From Klebsormidium nitens (taxonomy: Eukaryota; Plantae; Klebsormidiophyceae), in assembly GCA_000708835.1 (NCBI GenBank), contig DF237514.1:1-35925 (forward strand): a stretch of DNA of 35,925 nt. Reading direction: 5' to 3'. The notes beneath the pieces were generated by a model. That model was not told where the DNA came from. It was given only the letters and a program-made list of their open reading frames with translations, and searched no databases. This document shows positions 11,687 through 23,500 of this stretch, piece after piece (within the stretch, counting starts at the first letter, position 1; each line of letters begins with the position of its first letter). The position numbers were made by a program, and so were the translations under genes.

Positions 11687-14600
11687 CTACTCGCCCTTCT
11701 GATGTCCTTCAAGCGTCCGCAACAGCTCTTCCACCGTCCGCACCATGCGGTCCAAATCCCTTGGCGTCGATAACCGGTGGTCACCGTCCTTGACCAGGGT
11801 TACCTCCACGTCGGTGCTGGTAACCATGTTCATAATGTCCGACGACAGGTGGGGCGGCGCTGTGACGTCCTGGCAGCCGTGCAACAGTCGGATGGGGCAA
11901 TCGACGGCGACGGTGTTCTCTGCGTTGTTCAGCAGTAAATGCTGGCGGGCCTCCGTAACGAGATCGAGGGAGATCTTGTACGGCTCTTCGCTGCAAAAGG
12001 ACGTTACAATCTTACTGGCAGGATGCGTCAATTGTTTTGTTTGTAGAAGTACTGGGCGGTTATCATCGCCCTGAGCGCACTTCCAGATTCTGTCAGCACT
12101 CAGATGCCGTCCAAGAGAGCACAATTTGTCCTTGCTTCGTTTTCGACCAGACTTCAGCGCCGTCTTCAACCGAAACCACGCAGATTGTCTCTAATGTTTT
12201 CGAGGTACTAATCCGAATGAGCCAACTGTACAGACGTGTAAATTTCCTTCCCGCGAAAACAAAGCGCGTGTTTGTCAATCAATGGCAGGGGATGCATTTG
12301 CCTGACCAGAAGAGCTGCACAAATCTTCGGTCTCGGACGGCAACGAGTTGCTGAGGCAAACGTCAGGGACTCCAGCACTGAAGCACCTTTATACAACTCG
12401 CTGATCTTCTGCTCTTAGTATTCGAACTATTCCACAACAGCTTTCAGTTGAAAGATAGCTCAAGCTAGCTGGCTCTTTCCGAACTCGCCCGCACCTCCTC
12501 CAACAACAGCACTCCTTTCAGGAATTCATCCGAGATGCTTTTCAGGCGTCGAAATCTAAAACTAGAGTGAGCGCTTGCATAGATGATCTAGTGCACTCCA
12601 CAGAAAGTGCCAACGGGGGGGGACCTCAGCAAGCTTTTGAAACCCGTCGATATCGAGGGCACTCTTGTCTCCCGATGTTGAAAATCTCACGATGCCGTTC
12701 CTCTTCTGATCGCGCTTACCTATACGGCGACTGCTTGAGCAATATCTTATCCTTTTCAAAGCTTTCCCGGTCCTCCGCGGACAGCGTCGATAACGGCTTA
12801 TTCTTCAGGTTCATTTTCCGAAGATAACCAGCCTCACCTATACGGCGACTGCTTGAGCAATAGCCTATCCTTCTCGAAGCTCTCCCGATCCTCCGCGGAC
12901 AGCGTCAGCCAGAAGCGCTGCGTAAAGTCGGGCGCCGCCCCGATGCCGACGAGGCCTGCCACTCTGTCGGGCCGGCGTAGTGCCACGTGGATCGCTATCC
13001 ACATGCCCATGCTGGACCCAACCAATACCTATAACACAGGAAGAACTAGCATGGGTTCTTATCCTCGATCCGTCCTGGCGGAATACTTAGGACCAGGGAG
13101 GAAGTCGTGAAAGCGACACACGGTTTCTTTGCAGTCCGCTTCTTTCAAATCTGAACCCTGATCAGGTCACCACCTACTTCGGAAAAGAGGAACTAGGCTG
13201 GGTTCATTGTCTTCGATCGGTCCTGATTAAGTAGGGCCTAGAAGCCGTTCAAACAAGAAACAGTAAGTTCGACACGTGGATTCTCGCAATTCGCTTCGTC
13301 CAAAACTGAGCTCTTTTTCATCAGCACCTATGCTATGAAGTGTAATATGCACGTCTATCTGGAGTCCGATGTTGACCTAAAACCAGAAGAAAGTGGACCC
13401 CACTTGCTTGTCCTTTAGTAAATCTGCAAGGAAATTTCGAGCGCTTGACTGCAACTTTTGCCGACGTCTCGAGGTCGTAAGATGGAAGAAGCAATTTTGA
13501 AGCGAGGTCTCACAGAAGGCGCCGGTCTCCAGGGATTAACCGGACTGTCTGAGGCTTGGAGCTTTGCCGAAACTTTTGAACTATCAGCCCACTTCGTTAG
13601 GTTACGTTCAACTTTACTCGGGAAAGCCTCACTTCGAAAAGATTCCGCAAATACGACGAACATAAAAGACGACCAGAAACGCCCCTCTCCACGCGCAGCG
13701 CTTCAGGAAATCGAAGGCCCTTACCATCGGTCCCCCGCTGGTGACCTTGTCCAAGATATCGAGCGCGTTTTCGATCCACCCCCCCAGGGTGCACTCCTCA
13801 AATCGCCCCCCCGAACTGCCGTGGCCGTGGTAGTCGAAGCGCACGTACTCGCGTCCGTTGTCACGTGCGTAAGCCTCTAAGGCCATCGCCTGGAAAGCAG
13901 GTGATAGAAGAAACTTGGAGATATCGTTCAGGAAAGCACGGGACAAACAAGTTCGTTCAAGAAAACACGGGGCACTCAAAAAGTCGAAGTAATAAGGGGG
14001 ACGGAAGTGCAGAGAGGAGGTTCTATGTCAGGAACAATCGCCATCAGTTAGGAAGTTGGAACACCCGAAAAAGATGGAAACAGGAGATATGAAGGCGACC
14101 ATGCGAGGTCGGAGAATGTGCAAAAGCGAGAGCTGAATTCGACAAAGGAATGAAGCGCGGTTCCAGCTTTAGTTCGATTCTTCGTCTGCATGCCAGGAGG
14201 CCTTGTGTTGGCAAGAACCTTTTCTTTCAATACCCAGGCGGCTGCCCGAATAGACAACGATTGAGGTATCAAACTTTATTGTGCCACCACCTCACAGCTC
14301 GGCTGTGCATCAATTCACCAGTACTTTTCAAAGACCAATCTCTTGATGGTTCTACGCCCAAAGACGTCCTAAGCTCAAACACGTCCAAAAATCAGATCAA
14401 TTACTGATTGCCTTTCGTAAAATCTGAGGTCTGACCTGGGTTTAGGTTAGTTGCCAGGTTGTGTGTTCCTAGAGTGTGAGACGAGTCAGAACGGGGCAAA
14501 AAGCACTTTTTGGCTTGTGAGACTTTGCAAAAGACCGGCTAAATACATCCGCGAAAGGCCAATCTGCTAAAAACAGTCTTCAACTTCTAGTGGCCAGACA

Positions 14601-15468
14601 ATATTTGCTGTCAGATATGTCAGATAGGAAGAACCAGAGGTATCTCGGAAGTGCAGATGAAAGAAGAAGCAGGCCATCTATTTAATCTCCTATTGTTGGA
14701 GGGGTCAGAATCAGAGAACTATGGAACGTACCTTGTCACGCATTCTTTCTCCTCAACAAACGCTTATGATCTACTTCGCATGACCAGACACACACTTATC
14801 AAATACAATGTGACTGCAAAGCATTGTCCAACTCTCCCTACTCAGAACATGTCCCCAGCAAGTACTCTGCATGCTGGATTCTCATCAACTTCCCGCGCAT
14901 CCATTCTCACCTTCCCACTGGTCATGTTTGACATGAACCCCGGGAGAAACATGAGGCCTGGGGACCCCCCCTCTAGGCGGTGATACGCCAGCGGCAGGTG
15001 TTCGGACGCTGTTTGCAGTAACTTGAATGGCTCGTCCGAGCTGTCCGGAGTGGGAGACGACGTGGCAGCCTCGAGCGCTTCCTTGCTTACTGAGGCCACG
15101 TCTACTGACGCTGCCCCTGGTGTGAATGCCCTCATGGCCCTGTTGGAAGGATGGCTTGCTCCTAATGTGGATGCACTCATTGCAGATCTACAGTGCCAGC
15201 TCGCTCCTGGTGAGAAAGCAGTCAACGCGCTTCCAGAATGAGGACTTGGAGGGGGGAGATGATGGACTTGGCCTGGCATGCGCGTTCTGGCTAAATGCGT
15301 CGGGAGCGCAGTATGAGAAGAGGGGCCATCAAACGGGCGCAGAGAGTGAGGCTGGGTGCATCTGATGCATGCAGGTGGATGCGGAGTAGGAGGGCTGGGT
15401 TGCCAGACGAGACTGCTTGCTGACCCGAGATTCGACCTAGCACTAAGGGGGCCAACAGCAACTTGCAT
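11687..15468 (-). CDS. Alpha/beta hydrolase, ABHD10-like, about 405 aa with a long Ser/Pro-rich N-terminal extension (probable organelle targeting)
   Basis: Exons 15468-14911, 13889-13725, 13028-12838 and 11990-11687, GT-AG, phases 0/0/2, 1218 nt. Motifs: LMFLPGFMSNM, RFDYHGHGSSGG, nucleophile elbow VLVGSSMG, GIGAAPDF, LLHGCQD (acid) and GDHRLS (His). The start codon is the first in-frame ATG of the ORF and is uncertain. Confidence 0.9.
12715..12906 (-). repeat. 74-bp near-identical copy (12715-12788) of the hydrolase exon-3 end plus donor (12833-12906) in the downstream intron
   Basis: 67/74 identical by manual alignment at a 118-bp offset. The copy retains a GTAAG donor. Confidence 0.95.
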
Positions 15469-16151
15469 GATAACTGCTAGATCTTCTAAGAATGTGGCTC
15501 CAGAGATTGGGGGAAATGAAGCCCGCCTGGGCCTTTTTGACAATTGGATGGAAATCCGGGAACAATCCAACACTGTTGAGCTACTCTGTGGAGGAAACTG
15601 CTTGGTGAAGTGATGGTAATACAGAGAGAGCAGGCAGGCTCAAATGCTACAAACAACTCTGTGGCCTGCAAAGGCGAGGGGCAAGGTCAGACAGTGGAGT
15701 ACTGCCTGAACATTGTTACTCAATTGAAGCAGCAAGTCGTGCATCAAACAATGGCTATCATCTATCAGTCTGACAGCTTCTGTAAGTGTTTGCAGAAGAA
15801 GGAGGAATCCGCATTTTCCACATTGCATGGCAAGACTCCATTACACACTCTGTAAGACTCAGAGATCGGCGCATCCTTAAGGTAGCTACGCTGCATTGTC
15901 ATGAAACAAATTGTTAGAATTCTCACCACTTAGTAGGTTGATGACTTTTGTCCCCTTCAGTTTCTGCCCCTCTCAAGATGCAAAACAGGAATCAATGCAT
16001 GCACTTAAAAACTGTGATCAAACCAATCTGCCACATTGGTTTCCCTATTGTCCTCTTAATCAGATTCTCCTCCTTCTGCTGGCCCCTTCCACCTGCTGCC
16101 TGAATGAAGATGACCGCCTTCCTCTCTGGAGGCGGCAGCTTGGAACATTTG

Positions 16152-16410
16152 TACCGTAGTGGCACGACCCTTTCATCCATAAAATAATTCATTTTAGCCT
16201 TGGATGAAAAAAAATATTAATTCTCAAAAGGCCTGTATGAAATGAAAAAGCTGGTTAGCAACGCGGTTAGGTTGTTAACCACCTTGTTTACCAGGGTTAA
16301 CACGAAAAGATGAAATTTTAGAAACAAGTTTTGGGCTGATGTGAAAAAAAATAAGTGAAAAAATAATTATTAGAGGAAGGGTTAGATGAAAGGGTCGTGC
16401 CACTACGGTA
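16152..16410. mobile_element. MITE of Tc1/mariner type: 255 bp (16154-16408), 24-bp perfect TIRs, flanked by TA
   Basis: Left TA+CCGTAGTGGCACGACCCTTTCATC (16152-16177) is the exact reverse complement of right GATGAAAGGGTCGTGCCACTACGG+TA (16385-16410). The interior is AT-rich with no coding capacity. A TA target duplication is diagnostic of Tc1/mariner. Confidence 0.9.
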
Positions 16411-17375
16411 AGTTGGGGGAACAGGTCCAACATGTAGGCGCTGTATAGGGTTTCCCAAGTTCGGGGTCTGAAACCCTAATGTGCGAGTCGCACGAACCAT
16501 GATCGGACGATCAGAGAGGTCAGAGCCGTAAATGGGGCCATGCATCGACGGTCGGAATGCGGATCTCAGCTGCCAGCGCATAATTCAATTGGATTGGGCT
16601 TCGCTATCCCTGAACCCTGAGGCAACCAAATGTTTCATCAGCTATTGTCTCTTGTGTAAAGACTTTTGCAGAATGATCAGGTGCCAGATCCAGTCCCAAT
16701 TGCTTGCAGGCTCTCGAAGCATCACCTGCAAATAATAGGTCTTAGCATTTTGGATAACAGGCGCTGCGAAGCTGGCGCTGCAACGATATTACTATATGAT
16801 ATGTCAAATGAATGTGGCTTTTACTGTGAATTGTGAAATTCTGTTAAGTCGCATGCTCACGACCTCGGACAATGGATCAGTATTGATATTCCAGATTTGT
16901 AAGTGCTAGATTTGAGAAATCTGCATGTCATTGAACGTTCTCATCTTGGCGGGCATGACATGCAGCCAAGAGGGACACACAGCCCATGTGCAAGCGTCGA
17001 TCGATTGCAGAAACTATCAAGTACATGCAAACAATCGAACAAATAATCACCAATCGTATTGCGATATTCTTCACGTGGAGAGTGTGGAGGTTGATGATGA
17101 GGTGCCTTGCAGCCGCTGTGCCCCAGCTTGGTGGTGTTTGTACTTTTCAATGGCATCATGCGAACACAGATAATTACCAGGCCGTTAGGAGCATCTTAAG
17201 CTTAAGGATTTTGGATTGATTTGAAGCAAACTTTTGTATTTGTGCCTCTAAAAAATCAACTTCGGAGCCTTTGACAGATCATCACAACTTCAATCAATCC
17301 CTGAACCTTTGACAGGACTCTGACTTTAGCATTCAAAAAGGCGACCCAAGTCCACATGACCGCAATGAAGCTAAG

Positions 17376-19247
17376 CTAACCCACTGTCTGCGGTCTCGAA
17401 GCCGTTGACTTCCGTTTCTTCTTGCTTGCCGCCGCCTCTAAAGCCAGGGCTTCCATACGCAGCCGCTGGGCTTGCTCAATTGCCGCCCTCTCTTCTTCCT
17501 CCTTTTGGACGCGCTGCAAGATAGCACGACGTGAAGTTTGTCTATGCAGTCGGGGAGAACGGATGGACGTCGAATGCTGCAAAGCTGCAATAAGCTAGAA
17601 AAGGATTACGGGAAGCTCCTGCCTGCTCAATGCGTCCATACCCCACAGAAGATTTTGCTACGTCGTTTGAGCCCTTATCCTCTCTGGCTGCTAATAAAGC
17701 GCTCACATCAAAGGTTGCAACATGAAAATCGTCTGAGCCGCAAACCAAGTTATCAGAAAAAGCGTCCACTTGCTGAACGCCGACTCATTTCGGCAGAGAT
17801 CCAACAATTTTCGGGTTTCGTCCATGTGAGGAGGATCCTCTGGTCAGACCAACAGTAGCACCGTCTGAGGGCCAATTATTTGGCCTCACCGTTCGAATGA
17901 CCACGACGTCTCTCCATATGTGCTCTGCTTCTGTCAGCCTCTCGTACCTGCAAGCGGACACTCGTGTCAGATTCAGGTTGAGGCCTCTGCTGCAGGTGTG
18001 CTCCAGTTGCAGCTCGTAAGATTCGTCAACCTGACGCGGAGATACGGCCCCAAGTGAGCGAGACCTCTCGAATCGCCTGAGCTGCCTTAAAATGGCCTCC
18101 TTGCGAGTGGGACGAATTCACTGTCCAGGTGGAAGCGGATAGCATGGCGGTGCGGTTGCAAGAAGCGTAATGCTTCCAAGCCCGTAATAAAAGCAGAGAT
18201 ATGAAGCGCTGCAGCTCAAGCTAGTCGCCTGGCTCTGCCCCCTATCGCTACATGAAAAGTAGAATGAGCTCACCCAACGACGCCTCGTTCCAAAGGAACT
18301 TGCTTTCCCCCCTCGTATTCCACCCACATCACCCCCGTCTCTTTGTCATCTGGACGTGCAAACCTGCGATAATACGTGTCAAAAGTTACTACCTTGTCTC
18401 CAACAGTTGAATCCTCTCGTCAAAAGCTGCCTATGCAGAGAGGAAAATGTAGAAGATGTCATAGCTGGTTGTCGTTTGAGTTTGATGTTCCGTGAAGCGG
18501 GCTAGCCCTGAAGCTTATGAAAAAAGCCTTGGGGACAGGCTTGAGTCCATTTCGGTTGTACAGCACACGCTTTGACTTGCGGCATGAGCAGGATTGGAAC
18601 AGGATCTCCTCCCAAAGCTGCAATATTGCTAGGTTTCTTGGGAGCTGTCTCTATTCAATGTAGAGGCACTGTGGTATTCACTCACTTGACTCCCAGTATT
18701 GTCCCAATCAGGCCCAAGGGTGTCCTTATCAGGTCTCCTGCCTGCATACATTGAACACCAGAGCTCTGGAGCTGAAGGTGACTCGTTTATAAGCAGCTGC
18801 CAATGACCTCACAAAGATGAACTCAAGCATGCCGTTTTTATTGCTGAAGTCCGTCTGTAATAAGCGGCAGACAGGCGCGAGCAGCAACCTGAAGCGAATC
18901 ACAAGCTTCCATCCCAGAACAAGCCTCCGGGCCTCAGCCAAGCAAACCGTGAGCCAGAACACTATTGGCATTCGTAACTGACGCTTTTGGTAGCAAACAT
19001 ACTGCAATGCCTATATTACAATATTGTTTGATTCCAAACAGTCACGTGCCAACTTCAAGTTGACAGAATATGCTGTCTCTTTCTCGTAATGTCCAGCGCA
19101 GCCTTTCCAATCCTGTTGATTGTCTTTGCATACCCGAAACCCAAATGGAAGGCAGTGCTCCTCGCCAGTGTAGAACGTTGGCTTGCTCTGTTTCTTCCCC
19201 TTCTTGCCTCCCTTTTTGGAACCTTCACCTTTCCTCTTCGGCGGCAT
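17376..19247 (-). CDS. Uncharacterised 151-aa protein: Lys-rich N-terminus, small beta-rich core, C-terminal coiled coil
   Basis: Exons 19247-19134, 18741-18686, 18363-18274, 17947-17890 and 17513-17376, all GT-AG with compatible phases (0,2,2,0), 456 nt. Translation: MPPKRKGEGSKKGGKKGKKQSKPTFYTGEEHCLPFGFRAGDLIRTPLGLIGTILGVKFARPDDKETGVMWVEYEGGKQVPLERGVVGYERLTEAEHIWRDVVVIRTRVQKEEEERAAIEQAQRLRMEALALEAAASKKKRKSTASRPQTVG. Family not recognised. Confidence 0.75.
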
Positions 19248-19923
19248 GTCTCCTCATTGTCAAAAATAAAGCTTACGGGTCGCTTCCAAGTCCACTGCAC
19301 TCTGCTCACCCGCACTTCGCGATGCCAGTAGAAACAAGGCTATCTTTCAAATGAGCGGTACTTTACAGACTAGTCGACGTTTGAAATTGCCGCACCAATG
19401 GCTTGAAGAGACATAAGAGGTATCATTATAAAGCCCTTATTGAGAACATCTCTATCTTATGTCCCTTCGTCAATACCATCTTCACAACATACTTTAGGAA
19501 CGGCCCGCAATTCACCTACCTAGTCCACATATATCGGACCATGAATCCGCTTGCTGCAACCAAGTCTACTCCTCGTCTCAATCAGATACAAGGCATCACA
19601 GCAGCTTGATCATTCTGGCCGCATCACAATATTGACCAGAGTCTCCTGACAAAGCGCACCTCTAGTAATTAGTGAATCGCGCTCAGATTGTTCTCTTGAC
19701 ATTGACCGAGTCCTTTTATCAAGTAAGGACACATGTAGAAAGTCAAGGACAGTGATTGCTGCTTGTAGCATGCTTGCATACCGCATCCGACCCCCTCCAG
19801 CCTCAGCTGGCAGTGGCGCACAGGCTAATGGCTCTACTTATGGCGGGTAGATTTGCATGCAAGGGCGTTGCGCGATCTCTGACAGATACTGAGCAACACG
19901 AAGTTTACGTGCTGCCGCCGCTC

Positions 19924-19956
19924 TACGGTACTAGGTAATCAGACAAGGTACCGGTA
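19924..19956. repeat. Short TA-spacer chains (TA-CGG-TA-C-TA-GG-TA; TA-CCGG-TA) in the divergent intergenic region
   Basis: tacggtactaggta at 19924-19937 and taccggta at 19949-19956. Confidence 0.6.
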
Positions 19957-20401
19957 TGTTTAAGTACATATTTTTACATATTTTGGTAGACTGTATAGAC
20001 TGGTAGGTGCAATTCTGGTATGGCTGAGTACCCAGGGGCCAGAGCAGATTGTGCGCGAGCAAATTTATCAACGCTTCAGGTCGCCCAAGGCGAGTTTGTA
20101 CGGCTTCGCTTCTTCGCCGTACAAACGTTAGCTTCCTGACAGTGAGGGCCAGGCCACCGAGGCGGATTGCTTTGTTGCTGAGCTCAGTAACGGATCTGCA
20201 GCTGCGCGGAGCAGCTGGCAAAAGCGATATCGTATGCAGTCACCTGGCTGTCCAATGCTAGCGGCCTAAGTTTTTACTGGTTGATAGAGCTGCTTCACCA
20301 GTGGAACTTTACTGCATTGTCATGTGCTTCATATGACGAAGAATGGTCTCACCAAACACGTACTGCGCTCCACATACGTTTACGACTTTACAAACCTTAA
20401 G

Positions 20402-20428
20402 AGTGAGCTGAAATTAGCTCAGCTCACT
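20402..20428. other. 10-bp perfect inverted repeat with 7-nt spacer upstream of AIDA
   Basis: agtgagctga-aattagc-tcagctcact. Confidence 0.7.
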
Positions 20429-20589
20429 TTAGCACCTGACCTGACTGTCCAATGCATTATCCAAAAACTTGGACATAGGCAAGCTGAATAAGTTTTCAAG
20501 TCAAGGATCCGATCATGTCACATCCATGTAAATGATTGCTAATTTCCAGCCATCTGCGGCGCACCAAGAGCACCCGTTAGGGTCTTACA

Positions 20590-23500
20590 ATGGCAAACCG
20601 TCAGGAGCTCCAAGGAAAGTGGCGAAAGGTGAGGATTGCTCACAGTCGGCCGGGCTAAAAATCTAAAACCAAAGGGTTAAACACAGCTAGCAGAGCTGAT
20701 GCCCTTGGCAGCTTTCCAGAATGGCAGGTCCAATTCAGCTCCAATCATTGCACCGGGTGCGCTACGTGGTCAGACCTTTGGCAACTGGGTCTCAGCTGGC
20801 CTGTTGCATCCGTTCATTGTATCAGATCAAGATCGACCGCTCTCTAGATCCCTAGAATCTACAGGATTATTCAACTCTGAATACCCTCTTCCGTGCGTGC
20901 AGGAGTATGAGAAGTGCTTAGATTCAGACACATGGGGCCAGGTAGAGGAAGCCTGCGAGCTGTACAGAAGGTACAGACAAGCAACTCAGAAGATCTAATC
21001 TTTGCTCGGTAGGATAGTCTTTCATGGAACCATCCACTCCATTGCAGTGTGCACTCTGAATCATTGCGTGTCAGGATCATACTGCAACGCCTTAGCGTGT
21101 TTACAAGCTGCAACAATTGCAGCAGGTTATCCTCAACAAGAAAAGTGCAGGGCTCTGAGGAATTGACTGGCACAAATCTGCTTACCAGTTCAGGGGTGAT
21201 GTTTCCAAGAAGGGTGCAAAGCGTCAGCTTTTTGGTCATGCACACAAGGAAACCTGCCTCACAAGGAGAAGGGATGAGGCACAACCATTCAATATGCATC
21301 AAGAGGATCCTGACTCTTAAGTGTCGACATAAGGATACCAACCTCTGAACGAATCACCATCACAGATCCGACGCCCTGGTGAAATATAAATTGAACCATA
21401 CCAGTCATCCCTCATCCTTATTGAGATCCTGGACAGGATGGAACTCACTGCTTTCGGTAGGTTGCATTCAGATCTAGAGCAGCACCAAGAAAGCAGATTT
21501 GCAAGTCTCCATCTGTGGAATGCAAAGCAGCCACTCCCTCTAGAGCGGAGCACCGCAGCCGTTCTGACGACCGGCTTTGCAAACAATTGTCATGTCATAA
21601 GTCTTTGGCCGCCGGACCCCTGTTCTGGCACGCCCAATCACAGCTCCGCTTGCAAACTTCCACGAACAGCAGCGCATTCTTCTTTTCTCAGATTGGCCGC
21701 ATGGCTCGTGTCGGAGGACGTTGCCAGCACGATGCGCCTCTCCACCAAAGAGCGCGAGTTTCTGACCCACGTGGCCGGATGCCTGACGATCCGCGCGGAG
21801 ACGCTGGTGGGGGACGGGCGGGGGGGGCTCTCTCTAGAGAACATGAAGCAGCTGACGTCATCGTTCTCGAGGCTGCTGGTGTCCGATGACCTCACGCTGC
21901 CGTTTCCAGTGCCCACAAGGGAGATCCGGCGGTCGCTGCACCGGTAAGCGCTTTACAACTCACTCGGTATCCAGATGAGGTCCCCCTCTGACGGCTGGCT
22001 GACAGGATTCCGAGCATTTGTATTGTGTCTTATCTGTCTCAGCGTAGTTCTCCTTGACCTTTCTTCATTGGGGCGTTGTCGGTCTCGAGGTTTGAGCTTC
22101 GCATCGATTATCCTTGGCTTCTGCATAATAGGGCAGCCTTCACGTTTTGCAGCTCGTACTGCGTAAATTGCGCTGCCACGCTTACCAGCTCCCACATCTC
22201 AGAATCGTACAGCGTCGTTTCGGCTTCTTTATTTTCTTCTTCTTCTTCTTCTTCTTCTCTTTTCAGCCTTACCCCTTCCTTCGATAAGCATAGCTTCAAC
22301 TTCGTCTTCTCATCCTCAACGTTCGTGAACTTCTTTAGCGCCGTTCTGGGGCCTGGAATCACACGATTATCGTTCTTGAGCAGGCTCGGCTACGTTAACT
22401 ACCAGGTTGCAATCTGTGCCAATTCACACAAAGACTATTGTCGATTCGCGGCTCGTCTTCCCTTCATTATCACCTTTCCTTGAACACAGGGTTGCCTCCA
22501 GCGGAACGATGCCCAACGAAGCGGACACCGGATCGCACCTGCCCCGGGCGATGCTCGAGTCCCCGGGGGACCAGTCCCTGTCCATCACAATTGAGAAGAT
22601 GGGGTTCAAAGACGCGACGCTGTTCATCGACCCGTTCTTCACGGTCAGCCTCACAGGTGAGCTCTTCGAATGCAGCACTTTGTGGACGTGTAACAAAGCG
22701 CACGGAAGCAAACATACTGGTGTTCCTGTGTCGAATCGAACTTCACGTTTGATGTTTGTTCGGGTCGTGAAGAAATAAAATCTCCTACTGTTCACAATCA
22801 CCCGCGCTCCGTCATCGTACCAACCCTGAAGCCCCAAACCCACCCCATCCGTCCCCAGCGCCCGTATCTTATTCAACAGAGCCCATAATCCTATACCAAT
22901 TTGAACCAACCGGTTGCTTCCCCCGGTTCCTTTTCTCAGATCGGGACGGCCGGCTATTGGAGGCGGCACAGGACACCCCGGTCACAAATAACACCAAGCC
23001 CAACTACGTCGTGTCGGGCGCTACCGTGCACATCCAGTCTCCCGTCAACCGCGTCTCGCAAGGTGGGGTCCCCAACGACTTCGATGACGTCAGAATTCTG
23101 CTGGGTTAGTGACGTTCTGTTGACATCAGCGCTGCAAATTCCTTACGACTCAGCCGGTAGGAAGGAAATCAACGGCCAGGTGAAGCAGACACGAGCAAAC
23201 AAACGGATGGACGGCTGCGTTTTGCAGATGTGACGGGAGAGTGAGCTTCGTGTGAGGCGTTTTGATCGGTACGTATCACGGTTCGCTGAGACCATCATCG
23301 AGTTTGACCAATTTGATACGAGGTCCCGTCAAAGTTCGAGAGCAATCCTTCACACGGACAACGGAGCCTAAGGACGGCTGCGACCTGCCGAAAAATCTGT
23401 TCCTGAGTGAGCTCGACAGAAATCAAAATAAATCACGTATGAAGTCGAACTCCGAAAATATGAGATCGTAAGCAGGCGCGCGCGCGGGGCGAATGTATGA

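Noticed and set aside
12715-12788. Idea that the hydrolase echo is a translated tandem or mutually exclusive exon, given its synonymous bias
   Set aside because: There is no usable acceptor in frame, under 50 nt separate it from the real donor, and read-through hits TGA. Third-position bias is expected from selection on the real exon alone.
16446-16479. Inverted pair of telo-box-like motifs (TAGGGTTT...AAACCCTAA) next to the MITE
   Set aside because: The motifs are short with no gene start nearby to assign them to, so function is not supportable.
15610-17219. Scattered plus-strand ORFs and splice-like sites around the MITE (possible small gene)
   Set aside because: I could not assemble a phase-consistent, recognisable protein. 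It needs RNA-seq.
22108-22362. Minus-strand ORF with a poly-Glu run and GTAAG donor-like sites inside AIDA intron 3 (possible nested gene)
   Set aside because: The poly-Glu is the reverse of the (TTC)8 microsatellite. There is no recognisable domain and no partner exons could be joined.
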